Source of the DNA: Octopus sinensis
Taxonomy: Eukaryota
DNA length: 64,000 nt
Direction: 5' to 3'
NCBI RefSeq assembly: GCF_006345805.1
Contig: NC_043007.1
Span: 38,254,001 to 38,318,000 of the forward strand
Below the pieces are notes generated by a model. The model was given only the letters and a program-made list of their open reading frames with translations, searched no databases and had not been told where the DNA came from. Shown piece by piece: positions 60,887-64,000 of the stretch. The stretch's first letter is position 1. The number at the start of each line of letters is the position of its first letter. Both the position numbers and the translations under genes were made by a program.

Positions 60887-62026
60887 GTAGTAGTTTGAGA
60901 TATGTGAAATATTTTTTTAATGGTCGATTTGAAGTTTCTAAATGTTTATGATAAAAACAGCTTACAGTTTTTGCTACTAAGATCAAAGCTTCTAAAATAA
61001 TTGGAAAAACTTCGAAGGGTTGCTTTGGTACAATAGTAGAATGTCTTGTGTTTACAGATGTAAGTTTGTATCCCACAGGCAGCTTTCAATTTTCTTCATC
61101 TAAGGTTTTTTTTTAACCAAATATTCTATGTGCTGTTAGTTATAGCTTTATGTACTTTTGAGTTCCATCATTAAAAAAAAAGAAGAAAAACGATTTATTT
61201 CATATCACTTTCTAAATTGTTATATATATAAATGATGATATATAAACTTTTTTATACCCTTAAACTATGCATGCCTGTCCATACTGGTGAAACTGTTAAG
61301 GCTAATGCTGTTTGGCTCAAACCATCAGCAAAGAAAAGTGTGTATGGATGTAACTGATGTGAGCTAAAGGGGTCAGGTTTCAAAATTCAGTTTCCAATAA
61401 GACAAGTTTGTTTGCAGTTGTATATTGGTAAAGGATGTAAGTATCATTGAGAAAATAGGAAAACCAGTGTTTTTTAACTTTTCAAAACAAAATTAGGAGA
61501 GTTGTATGCATGTGTTGTATGTGAATGTGTGTATTTAATTATTCTATAAAATGGTTCCTGAGTAATTTCATTTAATTTGTTCTTTGTTCCTTTTTCTAGT
61601 TGTAATGATTGACATCTTTCATTTGTGATGTCTTCCTCACATTCCTTGGAATGTGTGATTGGAACAGAAAACAACATTTCCCAACTGTTTTTGGTCACTT
61701 TTCTTTGTTGTTGTTATTGTTCAGCTGTGATTGAGTAAATTTCTGAACAAAGTGATTCCAGCTCTGACCATCTTGTCCTTCTCTAGGGAATAGTTAATCC
61801 AAGAGATTTCCATGTGTTCATCCCTTCCAGTAGGCTGTATGTCTGAAAGAGATTTAACTGCTATTTCTTGCGGTTCTCTCAATTGGTTTATTAAAGTGGT
61901 GTTTGTCACATTTTTTTTTATTTAACACCAAATTGTAATTTGTAAAAATTAAACAAAGAAAAGTTGTACCTCTGAAATTAACAAACTTGGAAATTATTTG
62001 ATTTCTTTAAATATTTTCTTCCAAAG

Positions 62027-62216
62027 ATAATTCTGGAAACAAAAAGTGGTCCCATACAGAGCATGGTTGTTCATGACGTGACTAAGTTCTATGATCAAGA
62101 CTTAATAGTTGCCGATTCTTTGGGCATGTTAACTATCTTCTGCAACCAACAAATTCTCAGCCGTCAGAAACTATCCAACGGTGCTATCAGTCATTTACAG
62201 ATAAGGACCGATCAAA
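62027..62216 (+). CDS. Gene 2 exon 3 (IILETKSGPIQSMVVHDVTKFYDQDLIVADSLGMLTIFCNQQILSR...)
   Basis: ttccaaag / a|gtaagg, 190 nt open, DLIVADxxG blade motif. Confidence 0.85.
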
Positions 62217-62520
62217 GTAAGGAAGTTTATTTTAAATGATTTTTCTAATATCTTAATAAATATTGAGTATTCATCATGATGATGATAAACAATTGAACAA
62301 GAAAGAATATTATTCTTATATAAGGTCTGCAGAGATTCTAGGAATCTTGAAATCATTGAGAATATAGTCTCTTGCTATATTTTCTTGTGCTTGAGAGTTT
62401 TTCAGCTAAAACTAAAAATATTTTCACAAACACTATAGTTTATATCATATGCTGCAATAAATTAATTTAAATGATATCCTTTTTTTTTTTTGTTTTTCTT
62501 TTGGTGATTCTTATCCTCAG

Positions 62521-62624
62521 CCGGTGATTTAGCCATTGTGACAAGTGATGAGTTTGGTATTGTCTGTGCCAGTAAAGTTTCAGAGGAACTATGGAAGATA
62601 AACCTTAATAACAAATGCACAAAG
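62521..62624 (+). CDS. Gene 2 exon 4 (TGDLAIVTSDEFGIVCASKVSEELWKINLNNKCTK); gene continues past window
   Basis: atcctcag / aag|gtaatg, phase 1-0. Confidence 0.82.
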
Positions 62625-64000
62625 GTAATGTATATATTTTCATCACATGAAAATATTATTATTATTATAAGCTAGTAGGGTATTAAGAGCACCATCCGAA
62701 CATGATCATTGCCAGAGTGGCTATCTGGCCTCCGTGCTGGTGGCACATAAAAAATACCATTCAAGCATGATCGTTACCAGCATCGCCTTACTGGCACCCA
62801 CGTCGGTGGCATGTGTAAAAGATTTGAGCGAGGTCGTTGCCAGTACCGCCTGACTGGCCCCATGCCGGTGACACGTAAAAGCACCCACTACACTCTCAGA
62901 GTGGTTGACGTTAGGAAGGACATCCAGCTGTAGAAACTCTGCCAGATCAAGATTGAAGCTTGGTGCAGCCATCTGGTTCACCAGCCCTCGGTCATACGTC
63001 CAACCCATGCTAGCATGGAAAGCAGGCATTAAACGATGATGATGATAAGGTAAACCAGGCAGAACCATTAGCATGCCAGATGAAATGCCACTATGCATTT
63101 TGTATTATTAAAGAAGGCGCTGTATTTTCCCTCTTTCAGCATTTATCCTACTTCAGTGCAGCTCTGATAATTTTCCTTTTTGTTGCATTGATGCAACTGA
63201 GATGATGCATCAATCAATGTTTTGCTCTGTTTGACATTGGAGACCTCTCATCCACAGCTTATTCCTGAAAGCTCTATTTTCTTGCTACAAGTTGACTGGA
63301 AGTAAAATTTGAACTCAGAACAAAGACTTTGAATTGATACAGTCACTACAAGGTATCTTTCTGATGGCAAAGGATAAAAAACAAAAATGATCAGTAGATT
63401 GTTCTCGTTTAACATTGTTCTAATGTACATTTTCTTAGGCTTTTCTGGGTAGGATGACACACTGCAATACTGCAATGCAGGTAAATTAGCTGACAAAATG
63501 TTTTGTGGCATTTACTTAGCTTTTTTTACATTCCGAGTTCAAATCCTGCTAAAGTCAATTTCACCTTTTTGTCCTTGCAGAGTTGATAAATTAAGTACAA
63601 GTCATGCACTGGATTGATAGAAACAAATTTATGTCCTTGTACCTATATTAGAAATCATTGTAATTGAAGCTCTTTATATTCTGAGTTCAAATCTCACCAA
63701 AGTTAACTTAGACTTTTATCTTTATGGGGTTGATAAATAAAGTACCACTTAAGTGCTGAGTTGATATAGCTGGTTTTTCCTCTGACCACAAATTTGTAAC
63801 TGTGTGCCAGTGCAAGAAATCATCATCATTATTATTATGACAGCAAGCTGACAGAATTGCTAACATGCAGGACAAAATACAGCTAAACATTTTGTCAGTC
63901 TTTATGTTCTGAGTTCAAATTCCACCAAGGTTGACTTGACCTTTCATCCGTTTAGGCTCAGTAAATAAGTATCAGTCAAGTACTGCATTCAGTGTAATTG

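Overview
AT-rich, repeat-dense animal genomic DNA. The SINE/RTE repertoire and microsatellite load point to an octopus or other coleoid cephalopod (inference). Most of the window (699-49290, + strand) is the 3' part of a ZFYVE26/spastizin (SPG15) gene. I traced 23 GT-AG exons by hand with consistent phases, about 1,445 codons, including a FYVE finger split over two exons and the stop at 49288-49290. A second + strand gene starts at a CpG-retaining region (ATG 59453). Four of its exons are visible and encode an unassigned beta-propeller-like protein that runs off the window. The introns hold a near-full-length frameshifted RTE LINE, an internally deleted RTE derivative, an R4/Dong-like RLE fragment, Tc1 and Hsmar1-like mariner relics, four non-autonomous Helitrons, TTAA-flanked MITEs and many SINEs. 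The best leads are a zinc-finger-like insert in the RTE RT, candidate antisense/divergent exons, a ~220-bp palindrome, and inverted-repeat pairs that could form ADAR/circRNA substrates. I cannot show a clearly new biological system from the sequence alone. All homology calls rest on motif recognition, not database searches.
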